NCBI RefSeq assembly: GCF_018977255.1
Contig: NW_024704743.1
Coordinates: 32,366,001 to 32,430,000, forward strand
Reading direction: 5' to 3'
DNA from: Callorhinchus milii
Taxonomy: Eukaryota
DNA length: 64,000 nt
Shown: in pieces, positions 25,215 through 37,353 of the stretch
Numbering within the stretch: the stretch's first letter is position 1
How the letters are laid out: every line of letters begins with the position of its first letter
Translations under genes and position numbers: made by a program
The notes under the pieces: model-generated
What the model saw: only the letters and a program-made list of their open reading frames with translations
What the model was told of the DNA's origin: nothing
Databases searched by the model: none

Positions 25215-27283
25215 CTGTGCTCACTCGGGGCCTCACCGTCTCGGACCTCACCATCACCAACAAAGCCATCTCAGACTGTCACTTAATCTTTCTTAACTCC
25301 TCAATCTCTCTCCCCACCGCCACCCAACCCACCTCCGTCTCCTACCGCCTCTGGGAAAAAAATCTCCCCACCCTCCCTCTCCGCTGCTTTGGAGTCATCT
25401 GAACTCCTCCCCCTCTGTGCTTCCTCCTGTAATGACCTGTTCTCCTCGGTCACAACTCCCTCTCCACCACTCTCGATGCCCTTGCTCCCCTCACTTCCCA
25501 AACCTTTTCCTACTCATGAAAGTCATCCTGGTACACCAGCCACCTCCACTTTCTTAAGGTTCAGGTGCGCTCCGCTGAATGCACTTGGCTCAAATCCAAC
25601 TTAACGGTCCATCGGCAGATCTGGCTGGACCTTATCAAATCTTACCGCTCCGTCCTCGCCTCCGCTAAATCGTTCTACTCCAAAGCAATCTTGGAGACCA
25701 AGGGCAATCCCAGGCTCCTCTTTATTACCAACCGGCTCCTCTGTCCACCCTCTCACACCTCGCCCATTCTCTCCTCCAATGCCAACTGCGAGGCGATGCT
25801 GGACTTCCTGGAAACCAAAGTCGAGGGGATCCACTCAGCTGCCTCTGCCCTTCCGTCTACTACCCCCTCCCCATCTCCCCCTCATACCCCGGCCCCTACC
25901 CATCCCTCCCTCCACACCTTCAAATTTGTCTGCACTCCTCTCTCACCACCACTATAACCCGCATGAAACTGATCACCTGCTTCCTCGACTCCATCCCTCC
26001 ACCTCTCCATACCTCCCAGATCCACCTCCTTGACCCTCTACTCACAGACATCATAAACTTTTCCCTGTCCACTTGCACAGTTTTCCACCTCTTTAAATAT
26101 GGCTGTCATCACTCCTATCCTTAAAAAAAAGCCCGCCCTGGACTAATTCCTGCTCTCAAACTACTGCCCCATCTCCAACCCCCTTTCCTTTCCAAGGTGC
26201 TGGTACGTGTTGTCGCTTCCCAACTTCCTCTCCCACCACTCTGTTCACAAGCCCCTCGGGTGTCCATGCCGCCCACAGCACAGAAAAGCTTTGGTCAAAG
26301 TGGCAAATAACGTTCTATCCGTCTGTGACCAGGGTTCCCTTTGCCTCCTCGTCCTCCTTGACCTCTGCTGCCTTTGATACCGCTGACCACACTATCCTCC
26401 TCCACTGCCTCTCCTTGCCTCAACCTTCATGGGTCTGTCCTTGAATGATTGAGATCCTACCTCTCACACTTCATCTCCACAAACGGTTTCTCCTCTAAAC
26501 CCCCGCAGCGCCTCATGCAGTGTTCCTCAGGGCTCTGTCCTTGGTCCCCCTTCTCTTCAATATCCGTATACTCCCTCTTGATGATCTCATCTGCAGACAT
26601 GGGGTCAACTTGCGGATGACACCCAATTCTACCTGCTTCCATCCTTTACTCCAGGACCACTGCTATCCTGACAGAATGTCTGTCAGACATCAAGTTCTGG
26701 ATGAGAGCCAACTTTCTTCAGTAGAATGTCAACACGACTGAGGCTCTCCTGATTGGCTCCGGTCAGCGTCTCCTCACCTCAGGCACTAATAGTATGAACA
26801 TCCATGGATGCACTCTCCACCTTATTAAGCCAGTCCGGGACCTTGGCGTCTTCTATGACCCTCAACAATCCTTTCTAACCCACATCTGTACCATGACCCG
26901 CTCTGCCTTCCCCTACCTTCGCAACATCACCGGCTCCAGCACCGTCTTGCACTGCAGGCTGCCGAAACCTTCTTACACGCGTTCATAACATCCAGGCTTC
27001 ACTATGGAAACTCCCTACTTTACGGGCAACCCTTCAGCCACTCTATCCCCACTCTCTGGATACTCCATTACGCAGTCCCTCCGCCTCGCCCCCTCACTTG
27101 CCTCCTTTAAGACCCATCTCAAGACCCTCCTCTTTGACTGTGCCTTTGATCACCCTTCCCCCTGCCTTCCACCCTCCCCGATCTCGACCCCCAGCTCGGG
27201 TACGAAACACTGCCTGTCCAGCGCCTGGGACTGGCGTCTTCCTGATGTGAAAGGCGCTATACAAATGTAATTTTGTTGTTGTT
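25215..27283 (+). mobile_element. Long frameshifted L2 ORF2 remnant with 3' tail
   Basis: AISDCHLI (endonuclease end), KGNPRLLF, RT-region remnants, tail + (TTG)n. Confidence 0.9.
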
Positions 27284-27629
27284 AATCCCCTCCTTGTTTA
27301 CACCACCCCCATGCATCCGGATAAACATCTGCTTTCTGTAATGGTTTAGGGATTTGGTTATCCTGTAAATTTGAATCCGATCTGAACCTACAACAACTTG
27401 CATTAATATAGTGCCCTTCAGAAAGGGTAGCGTCTTGGAGCAATTAACATGACATAGAGTTATATCCCCGAAGATATTCCAAGTCATTTGCTCCTCTCCT
27501 GAATATGTTGCCTTTCCCATGGGCTCTGGAAGCCTTTCAGTGCCTATTCATCATACAGGGGTCGGAAGGTTGTGAGTTCAATCCACATTGGAATTTACAG
27601 TTTAAAGCTGACACTCAAATGCAGCGGTG

Positions 27630-28420
27630 TCCCATTTCCAACCTACCCTTCCTTGCCTAAGTCCTGGAACGCATTGTTGTAGGTCAACCTCGGTCACACC
27701 TCTCCCTCCTGGAGCCCCCGCAGTCGGGTTTTCACCCGGCCCACAGCACAAAGACAGCACTTGTCAAAAGTCACAAGCAACATCCTCTCTATCTGTGACC
27801 AGGGCTCCCTCTGCCTCCTCGTCCTCCTGGATCTCTCTGCCACGTTCAACGCAGTCGGCCACTCCATTATCCTCCTCCGCCTCTCGTACTTCAACCACCT
27901 TAGTGGGACCACGCTCGCATAGTTCAAGTCCTACTTAACTAACCGCCTCCATTTCATCTTGGCAAAATGCACTCCTCGCTAGTCTCCCCAGCTCCACGAT
28001 TCAAAAGATCCAGCTAACGCAGAACTCTGCTGTCCGCATACTTACCCGGATCAAATTCATACCCACATCTCACCAGTTCTGGCTGAGCTCCACTGACTCC
28101 CCATCACCGAACGGATTGACACACTCGTGTTCAAATCCCTTCACTCTCTGCTACCTCTCCAACCTCCCCAGTCCACCACCTGGCGCCTCTGCTCGACTGG
28201 CACCGGTCTCCTGCTCGTCCCTTACACCCTCCCTCAATCCCTCCACCTTGCCCCCCTCCCCCCCCCCCCCCCCGCCGCCTCCCCTTTTTCAAGTCCCGCC
28301 TGAGACCCTTCCTCTTTGCCCTACCCTGCCCCGGCTCAGAGTCAGGCACTGCCGCTATTAAGCGCTCGGAGGCGCTATGCTGCGTGGAGGGCGTTGCGTT
28401 ATATAAGTGCAAGTTGTTGT
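27630..28420 (+). mobile_element. L2 RT/3' remnants
   Basis: QSGF....STKTALVKV motif and L2-like tail. Confidence 0.75.
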
Positions 28421-28609
28421 AATTTGTGTTCCTGGTTCTGATTTTTGGGCTGATGTTTGATAACTGTTTATCTGTAGTATGATTGATAATCCCGGCATTT
28501 GTTGTCCGGTCGTTTAATTCACAACGTAAGAGTAGAATGAGACCGGGATTGACTCCATTTATCTAACTGCTGTTTGAATGTAATCCTCTTCTCTGCCATC
28601 TTTTAATAG

Positions 28610-28861
28610 GAGTGCCAGCAAACAAATCTGCTTTAAATTTCTCTGAAATGCTGCTTATTCGGCCTGCGCTCAGTCGCAGTCATTTCAATTGTGCTGCATT
28701 GGACACTTCAGCACATGATTCTCAGCCATCCACATCCTCCTCGTTTCCTATCGGGAGTTCGGGGTTTTCCCTAGTGAAGGAAGTCAAAGATTCTGCCTCT
28801 TTACATGAAGATGATAATATCTCCACGACAAGTGGCTTCTCTTCTAGAGCCTCAGATAAGG
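28610..28861 (+). CDS. NUP153: NUP153 exon 3
   Basis: aatag|VPANKSALNFSEMLLIRPALSRSHFN...EDDNISTTSGFSSRASDK|gtaagt. Confidence 0.95.
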
Positions 28862-31139
28862 GTAAGTTTTTTTTTTTAAGTAATACTGTTCACTGAAATA
28901 TACATTTCTCTGATGTAATGGCTGTCAGAAAACCAGTTTAATTATTCAAACCTTTTTTGTATGTTCTATACATCTCTGTAGTTCATGTCTTTTAGAAAAG
29001 GTGTATTCTGTGCTTCTGGTTTGCGTCATTCTTTCGTGATATTGCCTAATATAAAATCCTTCATCACTTTGCCATTTCTCCCTCATATTCCAGATTTGGG
29101 CACGCGCTTTAATTGTTAAAATGTGCTTATTGGATTTGTTGTTGGTGGGTTTCGGTTAAATTTAGTTTGTGTACTGCCGTCAGAACCTACACAATAAATC
29201 AAAATGTTAGGTTGTCAGTGCAATACTTACTGCTGGTGGTTGTGCCTCCTTGTGGATACAATGTGTGAGTTCTACATTGGAAGTCCAGGGAAGCTTTGAG
29301 AGGTCAGGGAAAGGTTCAGCGTGTTTTCAGACCCCTGAAACTGCAAAGCTGTTCAGTTCCTATTGTCTTGCTCAGTTTCTATTTACAGGCTAGAAGCCTC
29401 TGCATATGAATTGTCAATGTTCTTTGTTAGATCCATTACATCACCTGTCCCCTGCAGTGTAAACACAACGTCTAAATCAGATGGTCTAATGGTGCAAAAC
29501 AGTCATTGCAAATTATATCCTGTATCCTCAGGATTCATACCGACAGACCCAGTATACTCGAGCCCTTGCTCCTCTTCCATGCTTTATTCTGGTGCGCTCA
29601 AGGTTGATTTCTTGTAACTAACTTCTCTGGTGTGCTTTTGTCATGATATGCCTCCTCTTCTGAACTTAATGACTTACGCGGCTATAAAGTTTTATGGGAA
29701 TTGCTACCTCATACAAATACCAATCTTAAGTGAATCCATGATTGGCCTATTTTGACAGTACAGCTGTTTGAATGGACAGATCCCAGCTGAGCTTATTCTT
29801 ATCGATGCGCCTACACTTCCAGCGGGTGCCACTCATTAGAGATGAGGGATGAGAAGCTGGGCTTGCCTGGCATCAATTGTGATGATATTTGATATATCGC
29901 TTTTCACACCAGGGGGACTTTTCAATGCACTTCACGGGATTTACTATGCATTGCCATGACTGTAATTTCAAAGAACATAGTTGTCAATTTGTGTGCTGCA
30001 GGTCCCACAAATAGACACAAAGTGAATTGAATAATTTTATCTGCACTGCAATGAAGTGTCAGCTGAGGTCATGAGCTCAAAGCCCAAACCTCCTGACTCA
30101 GGTAACAGTGCTGCCAACTGAGAGTGTAGGGCAGTTAATTACTGGAGGGCATAAATGCCCTACTCTACCTCTGGGACTTACTTTGTCCCGAATGTCCTGG
30201 CCACTCCATTTGCTCAGCTCCAGCCTGCTTCCTGTCCCCCGCCCTATGTGTCCCAACATTTGTGGACAGGCTTTCTGCCATTCTTCTTCGCTCTCAATAG
30301 CTCTATCCCAAGAGCCTCTGACTTGCTCCCTTCATCCTCCCTATCGAGGCACTTCTCAAAACATACCTCTTTGCCCCTGTTTTCGGTTATCTTGCCCATC
30401 CCCACGCTCTTGGCTCCCACCCCTTAGTTTGGGTGCCCGTCCAGCACCTGTGAGTGTACTTTGAGACTTCCTGATGTGAAAGTGCTTTATAAACTTAAAT
30501 TGTTATGTAAATATTGATCCTAAAATGTGAACCTTGGTAGGCTAGTACTTTACAATCATAGTCTTAGTAAAAAGTATTAAATAATCTGATTTTCTACCCA
30601 AATGCTTGCAGATTTGCTCATGATGGTGTGAAGGACAGTTGTAAGCAGTTTCTGCGAGTTTATTAGGAAGTGTCTCATAATGGGATTGTGAAGAAGGGCT
30701 AAGGTTTAATGGTTTTACTTTTAATTCTTTGATCTAGTTCGATCAAAGGTTATTAAATTTCCAAAGGGATGCCTAAGCAGTTTGAGGTTTGAAGAGGAGT
30801 TTGCTGTAATGAGGCAGTATCTAAGGATTTTCATTTGAGCTCAGTCTGGGCTCAGAGTGAGGAGCACCTGGTTGCCAGGGAAAACAAAACCTTGCTTCAC
30901 ATCAAAGAGTTGTTTTACTTCAAACTGGATATTCTGAATGTGTGGACATTTCTAAAGACACATTTGGTAAGCGAACATGAGGGTTTGTGTGTTATATGTT
31001 TGTAAGCTGATTTATTTAAGTTGGTTTTAGTTAAATAATTATATCCTTGTTCAGTTGATCCTTGCCTGAGTCACTTAAATAATACTTGCCACTTTCTGAG
31101 AGTGAGCAATTCTACAGTCAGCACTATCCTACATATTTG

Positions 31140-31625
31140 CGTCAGCCTAGCTCAGAGGTAGGACACTCATCTCTGAGTCAGAGATTAAGGGTTCAAGCCC
31201 CATGTTAGGACTTGGAGACACGTAGTCTAAAACTGACACTCCAGTGCAGTCCAAGGGATGTGTTGCATGATAATAATCCTTGCACTTGATATAGCGCCTT
31301 ATAATGTTGTTGAGACATCTCAACGTGCTTCACAGGATGTGTGTGTATATATAAAATGTATGTTGTGGGAGGTACCATCCTTCAGATGAGATGTTAAACC
31401 AAGGGTGTTGCTTGCCTGGTCAGGTGGACGTTGAAGATCCCATGGCACTATTTGAAAAGAGAAGCAAGTTTCTCCCAGTGTCCTGCTCAACAATCCCCCA
31501 AATGAAATTGGTCATTCTCTCCATGACATTGATGTACCCAAATCAGCTGCCATATATGCCCACAATATCATGTTGTGGGCACACATACCCACAAGCGTAT
31601 ATCCTGTGAAGTGCTTTGAAACATC
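31140..31625 (+). mobile_element. DeuSINE-like (SacSINE1-type) element interrupted by an inverted SINE tail
   Basis: tRNA-like head (CTAGCTCAG..GGTTCAAGCCC), Deu-core-like CAGATGAGATGTTAAACC..CAGGTGGACGTTGAAGATCCCATGGCACTATTTGAA. Confidence 0.7.
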
Positions 31626-31906
31626 CTCTTGACCCGAAATGCTAATTGCTCTACCAAATGCAGAGATTATTATGATTATTCTTTTAGGTTTATTTACATT
31701 TATTTGTAGCTGCAAGAACTCTTGCAGCTACAAATGCAGATGTGACCCCCATGAAAGGTGCTATATAAATGCAAGTTGTTGTTTCTAAATCCAGAGAGTA
31801 AATCTCAGAAACTCATTCCTAACCACAGCAAGAGGTGTCAGCCCAAAGGTTCCTAAAATTCTGTAACCAACGTTCTCTTCTGGGTTTTTTTCCAAGTGTT
31901 TTTTAT

Positions 31907-32510
31907 AACAACAACAACTTGCATTAATATAGCGTCCCTCAGGTAGGGTAACGTCCCAAAGCGCTGACAGTGGCAGAGCACAACTCCAAGCCTGGGGGCG
32001 GGAGAGCTGACCGTAGGCACAGTCGAATAGGAAGGTCTTCAGCCACGTCCTGAAAATGGGGAAGGTGAATGGATAGAGGAAGGATGTTTCGGGGTGTAGT
32101 GGCTGAAAGCGTGGCCACCAATGGTGGATCGGCGGGCACGAGGGACAAGCAGAAGGTGGGAGCTAATCAAGCAAAGGGCGTATGTTGTGAGGGGAAGGAG
32201 GTCGGAGAGGTAGGGAGGTGCCGGGTGTAAAGGGATTTGAAAACGAGTGAGGATCTTGAAATCGGCGATAGGGAGCCAGTGGAGCCTGGCTAGGACTGGT
32301 GTGATAGTGGTGCAGAGTTTAGTACGGGTGAATATGCGGGTGGCGGAGTTTTGGATCAGCTGGATCCTGTGCATGGTGGAGCTGGGGAAACCGACAAAGA
32401 GGGCATTTGAGAAGTCGACTTGGGAGATGGGGAACACATGCATGAGGGTTTCCGCTGCGTCTGGGGTAAGGTACGGTCAGAGGTGGGCAATGTGGCAGAG
32501 GTGGAGGAAG
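31907..32510 (-). mobile_element. L2 LINE 3' end
   Basis: IQLIQNSATRIFTRTK..ITPVLARLHWLPIADFKIL; (CAA)n tail on + strand. Confidence 0.85.
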
Positions 32511-32746
32511 TAATTCTTGTCAGTGATGTGGGGGAAGGAAGCATAGCGGTAGGTCGAACCTGATGCCTAGCTTGCACACTGGTTCGGTATAGGAAGTAAA
32601 TTACAATATTCTTGAAGTACAACTCAACTCCTCATTAAATTAAAGCATCATTCACATTTAGATTTTATATAAATGTTGAATTAGGCTAAAATGTTTGAAG
32701 GAAGCTTTGTTTGTAATTCAAGCATTTGTTTTCTTAAATTTTACAG

Positions 32747-32886
32747 ATGTGACCACTTCAAGAAATCCTTCTTTGCCACCCCTGTGGTCCCCAGAGGCAG
32801 ATCGTTTTCATTTAGTTTCCCAACAACCCACCGCAAGCTTGAAAAAGCCTTCTTTTAATCTCTCTGCCTTTGGAGGTTCATCTCCA
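32747..32886 (+). CDS. NUP153: NUP153 exon 4
   Basis: ttacag|DVTTSRNPSLPPLWSPEADR...KKPSFNLSAFGGSSP|gtaagt. Confidence 0.95.
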
Positions 32887-32978
32887 GTAAGTACAGAATG
32901 TACCAGTGGCCATCGGTTTCTCATTTGGCTGATAATTATTAGAAAATGTGATATTACAATCCCTGTTTCTTTTTCCAG

Positions 32979-33107
32979 TCTTTTGGTAGCACATCTTTAC
33001 TAAATTCAAGCCAGCTTGGGGATTCTCCTTTCTACCCTGGCAAGACTACATATGGAGGGGCAGCAGCAGCAACAAAAAATTCTCGAGTGCGTGCTACACC
33101 ATACCAG
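32979..33107 (+). CDS. NUP153: NUP153 exon 5
   Basis: ttccag|SFGSTSLLNSSQLGDSPFYPGKTTYGGAAAATKNSRVRATPYQ|gtaata. Confidence 0.95.
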
Positions 33108-33606
33108 GTAATATTGACCACAGTTGTATCATTGCACTCGGCTTCAAAAGTATTTTTGCTGAACTTATCTTTTCGCTCAAAAAATGAGCACTGAACTAAA
33201 TACTAAATATTTTCATGGTACAGAACAATTTTACCATCTGAACATTGAGTTGAAGTAATAAGTAATAATTACTTGTTTTGTTTTTATACGGAAGGATAAT
33301 CTTTGCAAAATTGGTAGAATCATTGATGATTGGTGGTGTTCCCAGTGCAGTTTATACTTCAATTCCCTGAAATTCTACTTGAACTTAATCACTCAAATTG
33401 AATTACGATTTGTTTCCTGACACCGTCCACCATTGAGAGTTGCAGTGTTGTTTCATGTGCTTCGATGTCTTCAATCAATTGGAACCAATTTGCTGAGGAG
33501 CGACAAATCTGGAGAGTTCTTACCAGTTGGACAAAAATCTCTCGCCTTTACAGACCAAACTATTTTGCGGGGAAGTGGTAAAACCTTTCACTCATACTAG
33601 ACATGT

Positions 33607-33930
33607 GGAGTCCTGGAGCTCAGTGGTTAGAGCACTCACTTTGCAAGCGAGAGACCTGAGTTCAATTCCAGGCAGGTCAGGGCGAAACCTTGGGCAATTT
33701 TCCTTACTCCACACGCCTAATAATAATCCCTCCAAAAAACAAAACAATAATAAATTGGTCATTTTCAATCTACGACTGTTTGTGGGACATTGCTGTGCGC
33801 AATTGGCTGCCGCGTTCGCCCACAAATATATACAGTCAATTCACTTTACAGTAAATTCTGTGAAGCGCTTTGAGACGTCTAGAAGACGCGAAAAGTGCTA
33901 TATCAAATGCAAGGATTATTATTATTATTA
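33607..33930 (+). mobile_element. Near full-length tRNA-derived SINE with L2-like 3' tail
   Basis: Box A GAGCTCAGTGG, box B GAGTTCAATTCC, body GTTTGTGGGACATTGCTGTGCGCAATTGGCTGCC, tail + (TTA)n. Partial copies at ~3900, 13054, 17555, 20942, 46890, 50160, 50340, 51554, 52086, 62945. Confidence 0.88.
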
Positions 33931-33974
33931 CTGAGTGTTTTATTCGCCCCTTTTTGTCTCCACTTATAAAGTAG

Positions 33975-34250
33975 GGGTCAATCTGGCTCAATTGGTAACA
34001 TTCTCGCCTCTGAGGCAGAAGATTGGGGATTCAGGCCCCGCATCTGGATTTTGAACTCCCATGTCTAGGCTGACATTCTGTTTAGCACTAAGGAAGCACT
34101 ACATTGTGGGAGGTGCCATCCTTATGATGAAACCTTATGGCTGTTTCTGGGACATTGTTGTGCACTAATTGCCTGCTGTGTTTGCTTGCAAACAGTCTTC
34201 AGTGCTTTGAGACATTCAGTGATGGGATAAGGTACTTTAGGATTATTATA
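33975..34250 (+). mobile_element. Degenerate DeuSINE-like copy
   Basis: Head similar to the 31140 element, followed by a SINE tail remnant. Confidence 0.55.
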
Positions 34251-35475
34251 ACAAACACAGGCATTCCCATTGTTCTGTAACGCGTTACCAAATGTGAGGT
34301 TTCATCATACTAATTGGATCAGAAAATCATTGTGTTCTAAAAGCCTTGATGTATGTGTATTGCTTGCTGCTATGTTCTACTTTGAGTAAATCTGTAACAT
34401 GGCAGCCCAATGGGATTAAATTTCTTGTAATTTTTTTTCTTATTGACAAGTGCACCTGTTCCCTGCCAGTCAACACATGTCCCTATCATGGTTCAAATGC
34501 TTTTCTTGACAGAAGTGATGTGGAGGCATTTGGCAGCCAAACAACTGGTAAACGGGAGTAAACAAGCTTGCCTTTTATTCAAATCAACTATTCACTTACA
34601 ACTATTCTCCAACTAAAACAGGGAGATGTAGCAGATGACTGCTTTCAACCTCTGCAACTGTTGGTGCCAGTCACTAGTGTACAAGAGCATTATATGGGAA
34701 CCCTTCTCTTTGGTTAATGCACAAACTGAGCTCTGGAGTATTTTTTTGTTGACGGCATGTCATAAAAATCCAGCTTTTCAGTTTATGAATTCTGGAAATA
34801 ACAGGAAAAGGAAGAAACTGACTGGCAAATCAGATTTGAGTCCTTATTGCTTGAGCATCATTAAGTGCGTCACATTATATGGGTCATTTTATACCCACCA
34901 TAGTATACCGGACGGAAGAGTCGTGTACTTGGGCTACTGGCTTCCTACAAGTTGCGCACAGAATACCTCTTAGCTTCTTGTGGTGATCCAACAACCACTG
35001 GAAGTGCTTGTGAGAGGGGTTGCCAACTTTCTGAGCACAGTATAGCAGGAATTGAGGTCAGCAGATATCTGACAACCTGGAAGTGCTGACCAAGGTCATT
35101 TTTGCATTGTGCCTTGTTATAACGAGTCTTAGTTTTGGATCTAAACTACTGCATTTAATGGAGGTGGTCTGTATTAAATCTATCATGTAATAGCAATTAA
35201 AAGATTGAACTAATTATTGTAGAATTGTTAATTTAATCTGTTCAGCAGAGATTGCACCAGATTTGATTTATTTTTCAATGTGCCATGTTACTTTAGTTTA
35301 AAAATATTGTTTATAATATTTGAATCACAGAATCATGTGACTATATTGTATCTTCACGTAGTTTAAGATTTGTGAAGATTACTTAATACGGAGCTGTTGA
35401 TGCCCTGCTAATCTCTATCGATGAACATAGCAGTTTGTGCCATTAATCTGATCACATTGTGAATTTATAACTCAG

Positions 35476-35592
35476 GCTCCAATCAGAAGACAAATGAAAG
35501 CGAAACCAGCCAGTTCACCATCGTATGGAGTGACAAGTGCCACAGCGAGGCGTATACTTCAGTCATTAGAGAAAATGTCAAGTCCTTTAGCG
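35476..35592 (+). CDS. NUP153: NUP153 exon 6
   Basis: ctcag|APIRRQMKAKPASSPSYGVTSATARRILQSLEKMSSPLA|gtgagt. Confidence 0.95.
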
Positions 35593-36569
35593 GTGAGTCT
35601 TTCCTCTTAAAAATGTATGATTTTACTTGATATTATTTGTATTCTGTATCTACGATTGAAACTATCAAAACACCAGCTTCTCATAGTTTTGTGAAACTAG
35701 TTTTTGGAAGGAAAGTAAATTTGTGCAAATTGTCACATTTTCCCACAAAGCATACAGTCACTGCTGTTTACAGCCTATACAGTCCAGCACTTTGGGAGGT
35801 CCTACTGACATGAAAGGCACTTTACCAAATGTAAGGATTCCAACAACAACTTACAGCGAGCGCCCTTCTCGCAACCAGCAAAATTCAGTCAATCAATGGT
35901 GCGAATTAACACATCGGTGGACTGACCCAAAAAACACATCACTGAAATTAGCAGTCAAATAACAATTCATTGACTGGTTTGGGAAACCGGATATTTACCT
36001 TCATAGTTATGCCGGGAAAATTAACCAATCCAAGTATTGTATGGAATGTTTAGATTCTGGCGTTGGACGAGCAGTTAGTGGGATATTGGCTTCATTTGAG
36101 AAAAAGAATAAAGCCACTTTCTGGTAGCAGAATTCTGGGATCTGCCAGGTAGATGAAGTCGATGCCACTTGGAGGATATGCATCAATTTGTCTCAATGTA
36201 GGAACTGCCTCTAATAAATAACAGTATTTGTGACCCAAGCACCAACCCTAATTATTGCTTCTGAAACTGAGGCCCTCTGGTGGTCAGATAACGTAGAGCA
36301 AACTGGCAATCCAGAACACACTTTAAGCATAAATTACAAGAATATGTGTATACACACATATATATATATATATGTCCAGTCTACTGGATAAAGTTCTAAT
36401 GTAAGTGATTCCACTAGATTTATCTTGATACTATTTGGGGACACCTCTCTTTCCATCTATGTAACAATAGATGGAGATGCAAGGAATCTTGAAAGATTGA
36501 AAAATTAAATGATTGGTCAATATTTCAGTGAAAATGCTAATTTTATAAAATGTTCTACTTTGGTTTCAG

Positions 36570-36614
36570 GATGCTAAAAGGATTCCAACTAACATGGTAT
36601 CTCCAGTTTCAAAG
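36570..36614 (+). CDS. NUP153: NUP153 exon 7 (45 nt)
   Basis: tttcag|DAKRIPTNMVSPVSK|gtaaac. Confidence 0.9.
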
Positions 36615-37299
36615 GTAAACGATAATAACTGCCTTTCTGTACACGATGTGATGTTTACATTTGCCTGAGGTTAAGTGTAATTTTGGGGTAAATGTTTTCC
36701 ACGTCTGCTTTCAGTTTTGTTATCCTGTAATTTGTCCCATAAATAGTTTTCATAATTTCCAATAAAAAGGGAATTAATTTATAATTGTAGCCATTTTTTA
36801 GTGATTACATTTTTAATCCAGGTTTTCCAGGAGCCAAGTAAGGTTCTGTTTTTTTGCTTTCTGTGATAGATCTTTAGTTCATATTAAATTAAATCTTTAA
36901 ATTGATCTTGCTTACAAAGTACATGTTGTGGAATTTCATGAACCTAAACAGTGTATGATCATTCTGTTCAATCTCTGCTGTGAGTAAGAGGTGCAGTAGC
37001 TTAATGCTTAGAAGTATTAAATCAAAAGTGGCAAGTGATGCATTACATTTCACAAACTAATTCAATATAAACTTGAAGTATGATTTGATGAATTCAGCGC
37101 AAAAGAATAATATACCACACTTTGAGTGGTCAGTTGCTTGCATTTTAAAAATAGATGGCTAACTATTTGGATTTGTCCTAAACCTTGACCGTGAATCAGA
37201 ATGCTTTCGGTTGTTCTGTTCATATCTACCCATTTGCCAGTCCTCAAATTTTGATGTGCATTTTTCATTTGGTCACAATTACATTCTCAACTTTTTCAG

Positions 37300-37353
37300 C
37301 CCTTTGAGAAAACTGCTGCAGATGTTATAGATTGGCAATCCAAATTCCGAAAG
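37300..37353 (+). CDS. NUP153: NUP153 exon 8 (54 nt)
   Basis: tttcag|PFEKTAADVIDWQSKFRK|gtaggt; phase 0-0. Confidence 0.8.

Noticed and set aside
25215..27283. Active retrotransposon ORF
   Set aside because: Multiple frameshifts, stops and an internal deletion.
33607..33680. tRNA gene (also 50215-50286 on -)
   Set aside because: Continues into a SINE body and tail; it is a tRNA-derived SINE head.
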